From sequence record DRR378314_17: DNA of 64,000 nt. One strand, given 5' to 3'. The notes beneath the pieces were generated by a model. It made no database searches, was not told the DNA's origin, and saw only the letters and a program-made list of their open reading frames with translations. Made by a program: the position numbers and the translations under genes. Shown piece by piece: positions 1-9,917 of this stretch. Positions within the stretch are counted from its first letter, which is position 1. Every line of letters starts with the position of its first letter.

Positions 1-464
1 TAAAAAAGCATGGGCAGCGTTTGAAGCCTCGAGAACTTAGAAGCAAGAGGCTGCGTAACGGGTACAGGAGACCGGTCGAGACGAAACATTCTGGAGGCGG
101 TTTTGCATAGTTGCATGGGTGACGCGAGTTGTGTCTCGACGTAGACATTGAATGCGGTCCGATTAATTGGGTCATCAAGCACCAAAAGTGCTCTGAGTTC
201 ATTAACGCGCAAGCTTTCGATAAAGACCTGCGCCCGCCAGGGACCGAAGGGCGCATCCGCTTCCTAGAAAATGCCGCACGCGGATCGTCCCAATAGACGG
301 GTCATCTTGGTTGTGTTAGCGGGTTCGTCGATGAAGACCTAGCCGAGCTTTGTCGCAATCTTTGGAGAACAATGTCCAGATTGAGCGATCGCGGCGGATC
401 TAGGCGGCCAGTACCGCGAACTAGCGATACGAGCAGAGTCCGGGCGTGATTTGGTGTTTGCGTA

Positions 465-775
465 TCATTTGAGTGCCATGTTCTCGCGCACGATAACAGA
501 TATGACTTCTTGTCCCAGCCGCTTAGTTTCGTCGGCGGCTTGCTTGTGGATCGACTGATCGGGAGCATAGACAGCGATGCACAGATGATGGTCGCCAAAT
601 ACAACGCGCCCGGCTTCCTGATCATCCGCCGCCTCCAACAGCTGCTCGTGCAGGGACAGCCAACGTCGTCCGCGGTGCGCACTTGTCGGCGATGTGTTGC
701 TTGTTTGACGTCAGCGAACTCGTTGAGCCTGTGGCGCGGTAAAAGACCTACCACTCGGAATGCAGCGATAATCAT
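465..775 (-). pseudogene. virB4: Frameshifted internal fragment of a VirB4-type type IV secretion ATPase
   Basis: Manual minus-strand translation gives RRQVRTADDV, a frameshift, then LSLHEQLLEAADDQEAGRVVFGDHHLCIAVYAPDQ...VIVRENMALK*. This resembles the VirB4 segment 'L..A.DD...G...FG.HH....V.A...VRE'. Boundaries are approximate. Confidence 0.6.
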
Positions 776-1018
776 CAGCGTGGTGCGGATATAAGGGCTG
801 GCGAGAGAAGTGGAGGGAAAATTGCGCCATGGTTCAACTTCTTGCAGTTACCCCAAAGCGCAAAGCATGGAACAAAGGGCGGATTATCGGTCAGAAATGA
901 CTGCTGCTGTCAAAACAGGTTAGGGCGATCCGCACGCGGCTTGAACTGAAAAAAATTCGCCGTGAGCAGAGGTCAGTTGCATTTGCAAAGTCCCTAAGAG
1001 TTGGTCATCCTTGTTGCT

Positions 1019-2140
1019 ATGGATTTTCTGAGCGTCAGTCACAGCAGTTTTCTTGTCGCGATGTCGTGTATGGTTGCGCTTGTTGCAGGGTTTACAGGGC
1101 TGTCGCTGACTAGGGATTTGTCCAACAAACCGATCTTTCAAAGGAAGGTATCTATCGCTCTTGCCTCGGTCGCTTTGGGCGGCGGGATATGGGCGATGCA
1201 TTTTGTGGCCATGCTTGGGCTGAAGTTGCCGATCCTGTTCTATTATGACGCGGCCATTACGCTTGTGTCAGCTCTTTGTGCGATTTTGATTGTCGGTGCT
1301 GCGTTGATCCTGCTGCACTTCGCCAAGCGCACGCCACTTATTATCGCATCTGCGGGCGCGATTGTTGGTGTAGGCATTCTGGTCATGCACTACATTGGCA
1401 TGGCGGGGCTCGAGTTGTGTCGCGCCGTCTATACTCCCTTTGGCGTTGTCATCTCATCGGTCGTCGCCATTTGTTTATGCATGTTGGCTTTTTGGATTGC
1501 CTACGGGCAGCGGACCAATCGCAATATCTTGCTTGGCACCGTTTGTTTTGCGATGGCCGTCTGCTCGGTTCATTTTTTGGCGATGGCGGGGACTAACTTT
1601 GTGGCCGAACCCAGCACCGCTGACTTTGGGCCGTCAATGAGCAATGAGACGCTTGCGCTTGGTGTTATCTTTTTCAGTTTCGTGATTTTCGGTGCCTGTC
1701 TGTGGGTGAGCGTGACCTACCTAATTCCGCAAACCCCTTTCGCGGAGCATTCAGCCGAACAAGACGCGCCGCCACAACGCGCCACCGGATTGCAGATCCC
1801 GTGTGAACGCGACGGCAGCAAGGTTTTTGTCAGGTCTGAGGATGTTTCATTCGTCAGGGCTGACGGGCATTACACTCAAGTCTACACCGACACTGAACGC
1901 CTGTTTTGTGCATGGCCTGTGACTGAGGCGGTTAAACGCCTGTTGCCCATCGGGTATTTGCAAACGCATCGCAGTTATCTCGTAAACCCTATCCATGTAT
2001 CCCGGTTCGAGCGGACCAAAGACAAAGGGCGCTGCATCTTTGCCGAAAGTGATTTGCCCCCGGCACCTGTCAGCCGTTCCAAATTGAAAGTGATTCAGGA
2101 CGCGCTTGCTTCGCAAGTCAGCGCAGTTCGTGCGACCTAG
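1019..2140 (+). CDS. coxC: MHYT-domain membrane sensor fused to a C-terminal LytTR DNA-binding domain (CoxC-like regulator)
   Basis: MHYT-type motifs (WAMHFVAM, VMHYIGM, SVHFLAM) lie in hydrophobic helices. The C-terminus has LytTR motifs (VRADGHYT, QTHRSYLVN, PVSRS). The gene is directly upstream of coxM; the ATG at 1019 is preferred. Confidence 0.85.
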   Translation: MDFLSVSHSSFLVAMSCMVALVAGFTGLSLTRDLSNKPIFQRKVSIALASVALGGGIWAMHFVAMLGLKLPILFYYDAAITLVSALCAILIVGAALILLHFAKRTPLIIASAGAIVGVGILVMHYIGMAGLELCRAVYTPFGVVISSVVAICLCMLAFWIAYGQRTNRNILLGTVCFAMAVCSVHFLAMAGTNFVAEPSTADFGPSMSNETLALGVIFFSFVIFGACLWVSVTYLIPQTPFAEHSAEQDAPPQRATGLQIPCERDGSKVFVRSEDVSFVRADGHYTQVYTDTERLFCAWPVTEAVKRLLPIGYLQTHRSYLVNPIHVSRFERTKDKGRCIFAESDLPPAPVSRSKLKVIQDALASQVSAVRAT

Positions 2141-2154
2141 CGCGCAGTTCGTGC
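2121..2154 (+). promoter_or_regulatory. 13-bp direct repeat GCGCAGTTCGTGC with a 21-bp period; candidate LytTR/RcoM-type operator for coxMSL
   Basis: Perfect copies at 2121-2133 and 2142-2154, about 100 bp upstream of the coxM start. Each copy contains TTnnnG. Confidence 0.7.
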
Positions 2155-2254
2155 AAAAGGTCTGTATTTCATTGATTTTCTAATGCTGCGGCATACGGGT
2201 GTATGCAGTCTTCATTCCAAGCAAGAGCATTCGCTTTCAGGGAGGAGACAGCCG

Positions 2255-3109
2255 ATGATTCCAGCGGCATTCGAGTATTATCGCCCCAAGGACATGGCAG
2301 GTGTCCTATCAATCTTGTCAAAACACGGAGACGATGCGCGCGTTATGGCTGGCGGTCATAGCCTTATCCCCATGATGAAGCTCCGCATGGCGGACGTGCC
2401 GCATCTGATTGATCTGCAAGACGTCGGCGGAATGTCTGGCATCGAGATTGGCGCAGACAGCATTCGCATTGGTGCCATGACCACGCAGTCTGACATCATT
2501 GATCATACAGGGCTGGCAGACGCAGCGCCGATCCTGCGCGAAGCGGCGTTACAGATTGCCGATCCGCAGGTTCGCTATATGGGTACTGTTGGTGGAAATG
2601 TCGCCAATGGTGATCCAGGCAATGATATGCCGGGTCTGATGCAATGCCTGGATGCGACCTTCACGGTTGTCGGCCTGCAAGGGGAGCGCGATATCGCGGC
2701 CCGCGACTTCTATGAGGCCGCCTATATGACAGCCCGAGAGGATGAGGAAGTGCTGACAGCCGTCACGATCCCGCTCCCTACCGGTGGCTACGCCTATGAA
2801 AAGCAAAAGCGTAAGATCGGTGACTATGCCACCGCCGCTGCTGCCGTTCAGATCGCCAAAGAGGGCGGGTCTTGTGTGTCTGCATCCGTCGCGATGACCA
2901 ACCTCAGCGACATCCCGGTCTATTCTGAGGCAGCAGGTGCTGCGTTGGTTGGGACATGCGTAGATGATGCCGCACTCAAGGCTGCAATGGTGGCGATGTT
3001 GGGCGATATTGATCCATCTGAAGACAATCGCGGCCCCGTCGCATTCAAAAACCACGTGGCTGGCGTCATCCTGCGTCGCGCGATCGAACGCGCCTGGTCG
3101 CGGGCGTAG
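2255..3109 (+). CDS. coxM: Aerobic CO dehydrogenase medium (FAD) subunit
   Basis: Motifs [24 protein letters not shown] and [23 protein letters not shown] before the ATG at 2255; coxMSL gene order. Confidence 0.95.
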   Translation: MIPAAFEYYRPKDMAGVLSILSKHGDDARVMAGGHSLIPMMKLRMADVPHLIDLQDVGGMSGIEIGADSIRIGAMTTQSDIIDHTGLADAAPILREAALQIADPQVRYMGTVGGNVANGDPGNDMPGLMQCLDATFTVVGLQGERDIAARDFYEAAYMTAREDEEVLTAVTIPLPTGGYAYEKQKRKIGDYATAAAAVQIAKEGGSCVSASVAMTNLSDIPVYSEAAGAALVGTCVDDAALKAAMVAMLGDIDPSEDNRGPVAFKNHVAGVILRRAIERAWSRA

Positions 3110-3120
3110 GAGAACACATC

Positions 3121-3615
3121 ATGTCAAACAAAATGCACATCAAGTTGAACGTGAATGGCAAGGATGAGGAATTCCTCGCCGAACCGCGCGAGCTACTAAT
3201 CTACACGCTGCGCGAGCGGTTGAACATCACCGGTCCACACATCGGTTGCGAGACCTCCCATTGCGGGGCTTGCACCGTGACCATCGACGGCAAGTCGGTC
3301 AAAGCTTGTACGGTGTTCGTGGCTCAAGCCAGCGGCAAAGAGGTCACCACCATTGAGGGCATTGGTGGTCCGGACGATCTGCACCCACTGCAAAACGCTT
3401 TCAAGGAACATCACGGGTTGCAGTGCGGATATTGCACGCCGGGCATGATTACTCGTGCGACGAAGCTGCTTGAGGAAATCCCGAATCCGACCGAAGAGGA
3501 AATCCGCTTCGGAATGGCGGGAAACATTTGCCGCTGCACCGGGTATCAGAACATCGTGAAATCCATTCAGGCCGCCGCCGCCGAAATGTCAACCGCGAAG
3601 GAGGCCGCAGAATGA
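3121..3615 (+). CDS. coxS: Aerobic CO dehydrogenase small (2x[2Fe-2S]) subunit
   Basis: Cys motifs [18 protein letters not shown] and CRCTGY. Confidence 0.96.
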   Translation: MSNKMHIKLNVNGKDEEFLAEPRELLIYTLRERLNITGPHIGCETSHCGACTVTIDGKSVKACTVFVAQASGKEVTTIEGIGGPDDLHPLQNAFKEHHGLQCGYCTPGMITRATKLLEEIPNPTEEEIRFGMAGNICRCTGYQNIVKSIQAAAAEMSTAKEAAE

Positions 3616-6041
3616 AGGACGAAGGGACAAGCCGCGAAGAGCGCGTCGAAAATCTCAAGGGCATGGGCTGCTCGCGCAAGCGGGTCGAAGATGCTCGATT
3701 CACCCAAGGGAAAGGCAATTATGTCGACGATATCAAGCTGGACGGTATGCTGTTTGGTGATTTCGTCCGCTCGCCATATGCCCATGCACGGATCAAGAAC
3801 ATCGATACCGCTGCTGCGCTGGAGGTGCCCGGCGTTCTGGCCGTCTTGACTGCAGCTGATCTAGAACCGCTAGGTCTGCACTGGATGCCTACGCTTGCAG
3901 GCGATAAGCAGATGGTGCTGGCTGATGGCAAGGTTCTGTTCCAGGGTCAGGAGGTCGCCTTTGTCGTCGCCGAAGACCGCTACGCTGCTGCCGATGGGAT
4001 CGAGTTGGTCGAGGTGGAATACGAAGAACTGCCCGTGATTGTGGACCCGTTCGACTCTCTGAAATCCGACGTGGTTCTGCGCGAAGACCTGGTTGGCGAG
4101 GGCGGCGCGCTACCGGACGGCGCGCACGGACCACGTAAACATCACAATCATATCTTTACGTGGGAAGCAGGTAACAAAGTGCCGACCGAAGAGGTGATTG
4201 CCAATGCCGAGGTCGTTGCGACCGAGAGCATGTATTACCATCGCACGCATCCATGCCCGTTGGAGACCTGCGGGTGCGTTGCCTCAATGGATAAAGTCAA
4301 CGGCAAGCTCACGCTTTGGGGCACTTTCCAGGCGCCACACGCGATCCGCACCGTGGTCTCGTTGATCTCAGGCATTGAGGAACACAACATCCGGGTGATC
4401 TCGCCGGATATTGGTGGCGGCTTTGGCAACAAGGTTGGCGCTTATCCCGGTTACGTCTGCTCGGTCGTGGCCTCAATCGTGACGGGAAAACCTGTCAAGT
4501 GGATCGAAGACCGGATGGACAATCTGATGACCACCGCCTTTGCACGTGATTATCACATGACAGGAAAGATCAGCGCGACCAAAGAAGGCAAAATCACCGG
4601 GCTGCACTGCCACGTGACAGCCGACCATGGGGGCTTTGACGCCTGCGCGGACCCTACCAAGTTCCCTGCCGGTTTCATGAATATCTGCACCGGATCCTAT
4701 GACATTCCGACCGCATATCTTGAGGTAGACGGTGTCTACACTAACAAAGCCCCCGGCGGTGTGTCCTACCGCTGTTCGTTCCGAGTCACCGAAGCGGTCT
4801 ATTTCATTGAACGAATGATTGAGGTTCTGGCGATTGAGTTGAACATGGATGCTGCCGAATTGCGCAGGATCAATTTCATCAAGAAAGAGCAATTTCCTTA
4901 CAAGGCCGCGCTTGGTTGGGAATATGACAGTGGCGACTACCACACCGCATGGGATAAGGCCCTGACGACCGTCGACTACGATGGCTTGCGTGCAGAGCAG
5001 GCCCAACGGATCGAGGACTTCAAGGCTGGCAAGACGCGTAAGCTAATGGGAATCGGTCTCAGCTTCTTTACCGAGATTGTGGGCGCAGGGCCGGTCAAGA
5101 ACTGTGATATCCTCGGGCTTGGCATGTTCGACAGCTGCGAAATTCGCATCCATCCGACGGGATCGGCGATTGCCCGGCTTGGCACCATCTCGCAGGGACA
5201 GGGGCATGCGACGACATTCGCGCAGATCCTTGCGTCTGAGATCGGCTTGCCTGCTGACAGCATTACAATCGAGGAAGGTGATACCGATACGGCGCCCTAT
5301 GGGCTTGGCACTTATGGATCTCGATCCACCCCGGTGGCAGGTGCCGCCACGGCAATGGCGGGCCGCAAGATCCGAGCCAAGGCGCAGATGATCGCGGCCT
5401 ATCTGCTCGAGGTTCACGACAATGACGTAGAGTTCGATGTGGACCGGTTCGTAGTCAAAGGCGCGCCAGAGCGGTTCAAGACAATGAAGGAAATCGCCTT
5501 TGCCGCCTATAACCAAGCCATTCCCGGGATCGAGCCTGGCCTGGAGGCGGTCAGCTACTATGACCCGCCCAACATGACCTATCCGTTCGGGGCCTATGTG
5601 TGTGTCATGGACATCGATGTCGATACCGGTGTCCCGGAAATCCGCCGCTTCTATGCGCTGGATGATTGCGGCACGCGCATCAATCCGATGATCATCGAGG
5701 GTCAGGTACATGGCGGCCTGACCGAGGCACTTGCTGTCGCACTGGGACAGGAGATTGCCTATGACGACATGGGAAATGTGAAGACCGGCACGTTGATGGA
5801 CTTCTTCCTGCCCACAGCATGGGAAGTACCGAACTACGAGACGGACTACACCGTGACACCTTCCCCGCATCACCCGATTGGCGCTAAGGGCGTGGGCGAA
5901 AGCCCGCATGTAGGCGGCGTGCCCTGTTTCTCAAACGCGGTACAGGATGCATTCCGCCCGTTTGGTAATCGTCACACCAATATGCCCCATGACCACTGGC
6001 GGATTTGGCGCACTGCCAATGAGCTCGGCTTGCACGATTAA
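3612..6041 (+). CDS. coxL: Aerobic CO dehydrogenase large (Mo-Cu) subunit, form I
   Basis: Active-site loop VSYRCSFR (form I consensus AYxCSFR), plus GGGFGNK and QGQGH motifs. The ATG at 3612 overlaps the coxS stop (ATGA). Confidence 0.95.
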   Translation: MKDEGTSREERVENLKGMGCSRKRVEDARFTQGKGNYVDDIKLDGMLFGDFVRSPYAHARIKNIDTAAALEVPGVLAVLTAADLEPLGLHWMPTLAGDKQMVLADGKVLFQGQEVAFVVAEDRYAAADGIELVEVEYEELPVIVDPFDSLKSDVVLREDLVGEGGALPDGAHGPRKHHNHIFTWEAGNKVPTEEVIANAEVVATESMYYHRTHPCPLETCGCVASMDKVNGKLTLWGTFQAPHAIRTVVSLISGIEEHNIRVISPDIGGGFGNKVGAYPGYVCSVVASIVTGKPVKWIEDRMDNLMTTAFARDYHMTGKISATKEGKITGLHCHVTADHGGFDACADPTKFPAGFMNICTGSYDIPTAYLEVDGVYTNKAPGGVSYRCSFRVTEAVYFIERMIEVLAIELNMDAAELRRINFIKKEQFPYKAALGWEYDSGDYHTAWDKALTTVDYDGLRAEQAQRIEDFKAGKTRKLMGIGLSFFTEIVGAGPVKNCDILGLGMFDSCEIRIHPTGSAIARLGTISQGQGHATTFAQILASEIGLPADSITIEEGDTDTAPYGLGTYGSRSTPVAGAATAMAGRKIRAKAQMIAAYLLEVHDNDVEFDVDRFVVKGAPERFKTMKEIAFAAYNQAIPGIEPGLEAVSYYDPPNMTYPFGAYVCVMDIDVDTGVPEIRRFYALDDCGTRINPMIIEGQVHGGLTEALAVALGQEIAYDDMGNVKTGTLMDFFLPTAWEVPNYETDYTVTPSPHHPIGAKGVGESPHVGGVPCFSNAVQDAFRPFGNRHTNMPHDHWRIWRTANELGLHD

Positions 6042-6049
6042 TTCAGACT

Positions 6050-6074
6050 TGGGCACCCAATGATTGGGTGCCCA
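6050..6074 (+). other. Perfect 11-bp stem-loop between coxL and coxD
   Basis: TGGGCACCCAA-TGA-TTGGGTGCCCA with no U-tract. Confidence 0.6.
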
Positions 6075-6092
6075 GATTGCTGGGAATTGAAT

Positions 6093-6968
6093 ATGACTTG
6101 GACTGACCTTCAGACCGCACTGTCAGCGGACGGCTATGTTGCATCCGACGACCTTGCTGTAGCGTTACATCTTGCGCTTACCCTTGGGCGGCCTTTGCTG
6201 CTTGAAGGCGCTGCAGGTGTCGGCAAAACCCAGCTCGCCGCCAGTCTGGCCGCACAGCGCAAAACCAAGCTGATCCGCCTGCAATGCTACGAAGGGTTGG
6301 ACGCCGCACAGGCCATTTACGAATGGAACTATCAACGCCAGCTTTTGACGATCCGCGCCGCGGCAGAAGATGGTGAGACTGGCAAAGCCGTCGAAGATCG
6401 TATTTTTTCACGTGATTTCCTGCTCGAACGTCCACTGCTGGCCGCCATTACACAAGATGTGCAGCCCGTTTTGTTGATTGATGAAATCGACCGGGCAGAC
6501 GAAGAATTTGAAGCCTATTTGCTGGAAATCCTGTCGGAGTTTCAGATCACCATCCCTGAATTGGGGACGGTAACTGCGGTCTCCAAACCCATTGTGATCC
6601 TGACGTCCAACGGCACACGTGATCTGTCGGACGCGCTGTGCCGCAGGTGCCTTTATTCCTATGTCGACTACCCTGACCGTCAGGCCGAGTTGGCGATCCT
6701 TAATGCCCGCTGTCCCGGCATCGAAGCTCGGCTTGGCGCGCAGATCGTTGGTTTCGTTCAGAAACTCCGAGAGGAAGAGCTGGAAAAAGTTCCCGGCATT
6801 GCGGAAACGCTCGATTTCGCCGCCGCCCTGATGGGGCTTGGCATCGCAGACCTGACCTCTGACCCAGCAGCCTTGCAGCACACCCTCAGCACGCTTCTGA
6901 AAACGCAATCTGATCGCGCCAGTATCACATCCGAGGTGGCAGACCGCATCGTAGGTCGCGCCGCATGA
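6093..6968 (+). CDS. coxD: MoxR-type AAA+ ATPase, CODH maturation
   Basis: Walker A GAAGVGKT, RLQCYEGLD, Walker B LLIDEIDRAD; position after coxL. Confidence 0.92.
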   Translation: MTWTDLQTALSADGYVASDDLAVALHLALTLGRPLLLEGAAGVGKTQLAASLAAQRKTKLIRLQCYEGLDAAQAIYEWNYQRQLLTIRAAAEDGETGKAVEDRIFSRDFLLERPLLAAITQDVQPVLLIDEIDRADEEFEAYLLEILSEFQITIPELGTVTAVSKPIVILTSNGTRDLSDALCRRCLYSYVDYPDRQAELAILNARCPGIEARLGAQIVGFVQKLREEELEKVPGIAETLDFAAALMGLGIADLTSDPAALQHTLSTLLKTQSDRASITSEVADRIVGRAA

Positions 6969-8146
6969 GCAGGGTGACAAAATTCGCTGCGCGCGATCCT
7001 GGTGCTGCAGCGCGGGTCGCGGGTTTCATGGCGCATCTGCGCTACAACGGGCTGCGTTTGGGGGTTTCCGAGACCGACTTGGCCTTGGCCGCCCTTTGCG
7101 AAGTCAACGCGAGTCATCCCGATGAAAGCCGCCAAGCCCTTCGGGCTGTCTGCACCGGGTGTAAAGAAGAAGCCGCACAATTCGATTCCCTGTTTGACAG
7201 CTACTGGATGGATATGGGTCGCGTGAAGCAGAAGATCGTTCAAAGTTCTCCCAGCAAAGGTGACGACAACGTTCATTCCTCACGCGATGCGCGCGGCGAA
7301 GATACCGGCAGCGCGGGGTCTGTCAATACGCCCGATGGTGGTGATGGAGAGGCGGAAAGCGAGGGCGAAGGGCGATTGATTGCAACGGAGGTGCGCAATC
7401 TGATGCGTACAGACCTGCGCGATCTGGTTCGCCCTAAAGATATCTCAGAGGCCGAAGAAGTGGCGCGCCGCTTGGGTGCTGCGTTGCGAGATAGGCGCTC
7501 GCGGCGGCGGATCGCTGCGCGCAAAGGCGATCGCCTGCATTTCCGCAAAACGATCCGGGCAAGCCTTGCGACCGGGGGCGAGCCTGTCCGCTTGATACGT
7601 AAACAACGCCCTGACCGCGCACGAAAAATCGTCGCGCTTTGTGATGTTTCGGGGTCTATGACTGTTTATGCGCAGGTGTTTTTGGCATTCCTTACGGGGC
7701 TCATGCGTTCTGATGTGACGGCAGACGCCTATTTGTTTCACACACGTTTGGTGCGGATTACCGAGGCTTTGCGCGACAAAGACACCATGCGAGCCATCGG
7801 GCGAATGTCCTTGATGGCCGATGGCTTTGGCGGCGGATCGGAAATTGGCCCGTCAATCGCTGTTTTCGCCAATACATATGCCAAACGTTTTGTGGATGCG
7901 CGCAGCGTCGTGCTGATCTTGTCAGATGGGTATGACACTGCCCCACCAGCCGTGCTGGATGCAGGACTGGGCAATCTGAAAAAGCGCGGCTGTAAGATCA
8001 TCTGGCTCAACCCGTTGAAAGGTTGGCGCGACTATGCGCCTGTCGCGGAGGGCATGGCCGCCGCCTTGCCTCATCTGGATATCTTTTCTGCGGCCAATAC
8101 GCTTGCGGATTTGGCCTCTCTTGAGCGCGAGGTTATGACGCTATGA
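6965..8146 (+). CDS. coxE: vWA-domain CODH accessory protein
   Basis: MIDAS motif DVSGSM, ILSDGYD and IIWLNPL; coupled to coxD by an ATGA overlap. Confidence 0.92.
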   Translation: MSRVTKFAARDPGAAARVAGFMAHLRYNGLRLGVSETDLALAALCEVNASHPDESRQALRAVCTGCKEEAAQFDSLFDSYWMDMGRVKQKIVQSSPSKGDDNVHSSRDARGEDTGSAGSVNTPDGGDGEAESEGEGRLIATEVRNLMRTDLRDLVRPKDISEAEEVARRLGAALRDRRSRRRIAARKGDRLHFRKTIRASLATGGEPVRLIRKQRPDRARKIVALCDVSGSMTVYAQVFLAFLTGLMRSDVTADAYLFHTRLVRITEALRDKDTMRAIGRMSLMADGFGGGSEIGPSIAVFANTYAKRFVDARSVVLILSDGYDTAPPAVLDAGLGNLKKRGCKIIWLNPLKGWRDYAPVAEGMAAALPHLDIFSAANTLADLASLEREVMTL

Positions 8147-8931
8147 CCCCAGCTGAGTTCATGTCAGAAGAATTGGCCGACATCGCAAATGACATGCGCA
8201 CCAAAGACCAGCCCTTCGCTTTTGCTACCATCGTGCGCACTGCTGGTGCGACGGCGGCAAAGCCCGGCGCAAAGGCTTTGCTCGGCGCCGATGGCACGAT
8301 TCTACATGGCTGGCTGGGTGGTGGGTGCATGCGTGGCGCGGTGAAGAAAGCTGCGCTTGAGGCCTTTGCCAGTGGCCAACCCCAGCTTGTCTCTGTCGCG
8401 CCAGAAGAGCTTTTGACCCAGATGGGTGTCAGCGCAGGCGAAGAAGTGGAAGGCACGCGGTTTGCACGCAATGGCTGCCCTTCGAAAGGCAGCGTCGATA
8501 TCTTCATTGAACCATGTTTGCCAGTGCCGCAGTTGGTGGTGCTTGGCGCGTCACCTGTGGCACAGACATTGGCTGCGTTGGCTCCGCAATTTCATTGGGC
8601 CGTTGTGCGGGATGTGCCAAAGGGCGGCGCAACCCCGGTTCACCAGCAGCCAGTCATCGTCATCGCCACGCAAGGCCACGGCGACATCGACGCATTGATG
8701 GCCTCATTACAAATACCTGCGAAACATGTGGCCTTTGTCGGCAGCAAACGCAAATTCGCAACGCTTGCCGAACGACTGATTGATAATGGTCTTGATGCAG
8801 ACCGTGTCAATGCTATCAACGCACCAGCGGGTCTTGACCTGGGTGCGATCACGCCCGAAGAAATTGCCCTGTCCATCCTTGCGGATTTAATTCACCTCCG
8901 GCGTGCGCAAATCGGCGAAACCCATGCCTGA
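8143..8931 (+). CDS. coxF: XdhC/CoxF family molybdo-hydroxylase maturation factor
   Basis: Motifs GWLGGGC, CPSKG, FVGSKRK and APAGLDLGAITPEEIALSI. Confidence 0.88.
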   Translation: MTPAEFMSEELADIANDMRTKDQPFAFATIVRTAGATAAKPGAKALLGADGTILHGWLGGGCMRGAVKKAALEAFASGQPQLVSVAPEELLTQMGVSAGEEVEGTRFARNGCPSKGSVDIFIEPCLPVPQLVVLGASPVAQTLAALAPQFHWAVVRDVPKGGATPVHQQPVIVIATQGHGDIDALMASLQIPAKHVAFVGSKRKFATLAERLIDNGLDADRVNAINAPAGLDLGAITPEEIALSILADLIHLRRAQIGETHA

Positions 8932-9361
8932 GGTGTCAGCTATCATTCTGGCGGCAGAACAGTCGCAGCGCATGGGCGCGTCCAACAAGGTACTGTTGGA
9001 CGTCGATGGCGTTGCCATGATCCGGCAGTTGGTGAACCAATACCGAACCACGATTGATGGTAACATTATCGTCGCGGCGGAACATGACACAGACAAGGTT
9101 CAGGCTGCAATTGAGGGCACAGATACCCGCTGCGTTCTTAATCCCGATCACGCAAATGGGCAGCTAACCTCTGTCGCGAGCGCGCTTGCACCTGCGCTGC
9201 GCGCACGGCTCATGGTTGAACCCCCAGAGCGGCCCGGCTGTATGCGTATTACCCGCGATCACCCAGAGCTGGTGTGCCGTCATCCGCAGCCTTCAGCGGG
9301 CTTTTCCACGGATGTTGATACGCTGCCGACTACGCCTCAGATAAAGGACGCCGTCACATGA
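8924..9361 (+). pseudogene. MocA-like molybdenum cofactor nucleotidyltransferase; frame open but apparently internally deleted
   Basis: The N-terminus reads IILAAEQSQRMG..NK where the family consensus is LAAGxSxRMG. The C-terminal DVDT is present. The protein is only 145 aa and lacks the central D-Q/M-P and GNP segments. Confidence 0.6.
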
Positions 9362-9450
9362 GGGCAATTATTAAAATACTTAGCCTGTTGCGCAAGAAAC
9401 TGGCGCTTACGCCTGAACAGGCCGACCAAATCAGATTTCCCTGTTGCTAA
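9358..9450 (+). CDS. 30-aa small protein MRAIIKILSLLRKKLALTPEQADQIRFPCC (below the ORF-track cutoff)
   Basis: The ATG overlaps the upstream stop (ATGA), has an AAGGA RBS, and the stop lies 14 nt before the coxG ATG. It fills the intergenic gap exactly. Confidence 0.65.
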   Translation: MRAIIKILSLLRKKLALTPEQADQIRFPCC

Positions 9451-9464
9451 GAAAAGGACCAACC

Positions 9465-9917
9465 ATGGAACTCTCAGACGAGATCGTAATCAATGCGCCC
9501 AAAGACCTAGTTTACGCGGCCCTCAATGATCCGGAGGTGCTCAAACAATGCATCCCCTGCTGCGAAGAGTTGATCAAGCATTCCGATACCGAACTTGAGG
9601 CCAAAGTTGTCTTGAAAGTCGGCCCGGTCAAAGCGCGGTTCAGCGGTGATGTGCAACTGAATACGACAGGTGCACCAGATTCATTTTCATTGACGGGGCA
9701 AGGCAACGGCGGGGCCGCTGGCCATGCAAAGGGCGGCGCGGATGTGACATTAACTGCCGACGGTGACACGACAATTCTGCGCTATGAAGCCAAAGCTGAT
9801 ATTGGTGGAAAACTTGCGCAACTTGGCAGCCGTCTGATTCAAAGCACAGCCAAGAAACTTGCCGCGAAGTTCTTCAAATCTTTCGCGGACGTCGTGAACG
9901 AGGCCTCACTTGCCTAG
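9465..9917 (+). CDS. coxG: CoxG (SRPBCC fold) CODH accessory protein
   Basis: Motifs LNDPEVLKQCIP, VGPVKARFSG and GGKLAQLGSRLI; AAGGA RBS. Confidence 0.92.
   Translation: MELSDEIVINAPKDLVYAALNDPEVLKQCIPCCEELIKHSDTELEAKVVLKVGPVKARFSGDVQLNTTGAPDSFSLTGQGNGGAAGHAKGGADVTLTADGDTTILRYEAKADIGGKLAQLGSRLIQSTAKKLAAKFFKSFADVVNEASLA

Noticed and set aside
302-794. ORFs 302-775 (-) and 510-794 (+) as intact genes
   Set aside because: Neither shows a recognisable family signal as a whole; the region is better explained as a frameshifted virB4 fragment.
3528-3611. N-terminal extensions in the ORF track (coxL from 3528, BMP from 13052, caspase from 25965, M15 from 32027)
   Set aside because: They overlap neighbouring genes or precede better starts that have an RBS or a signal peptide.
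5043-5909. Long antisense ORFs, for example 5043-5909, 36982-37626, 59228-59980 and 62059-62733
   Set aside because: These are shadow frames of well-supported genes in GC-rich DNA and carry no motifs.
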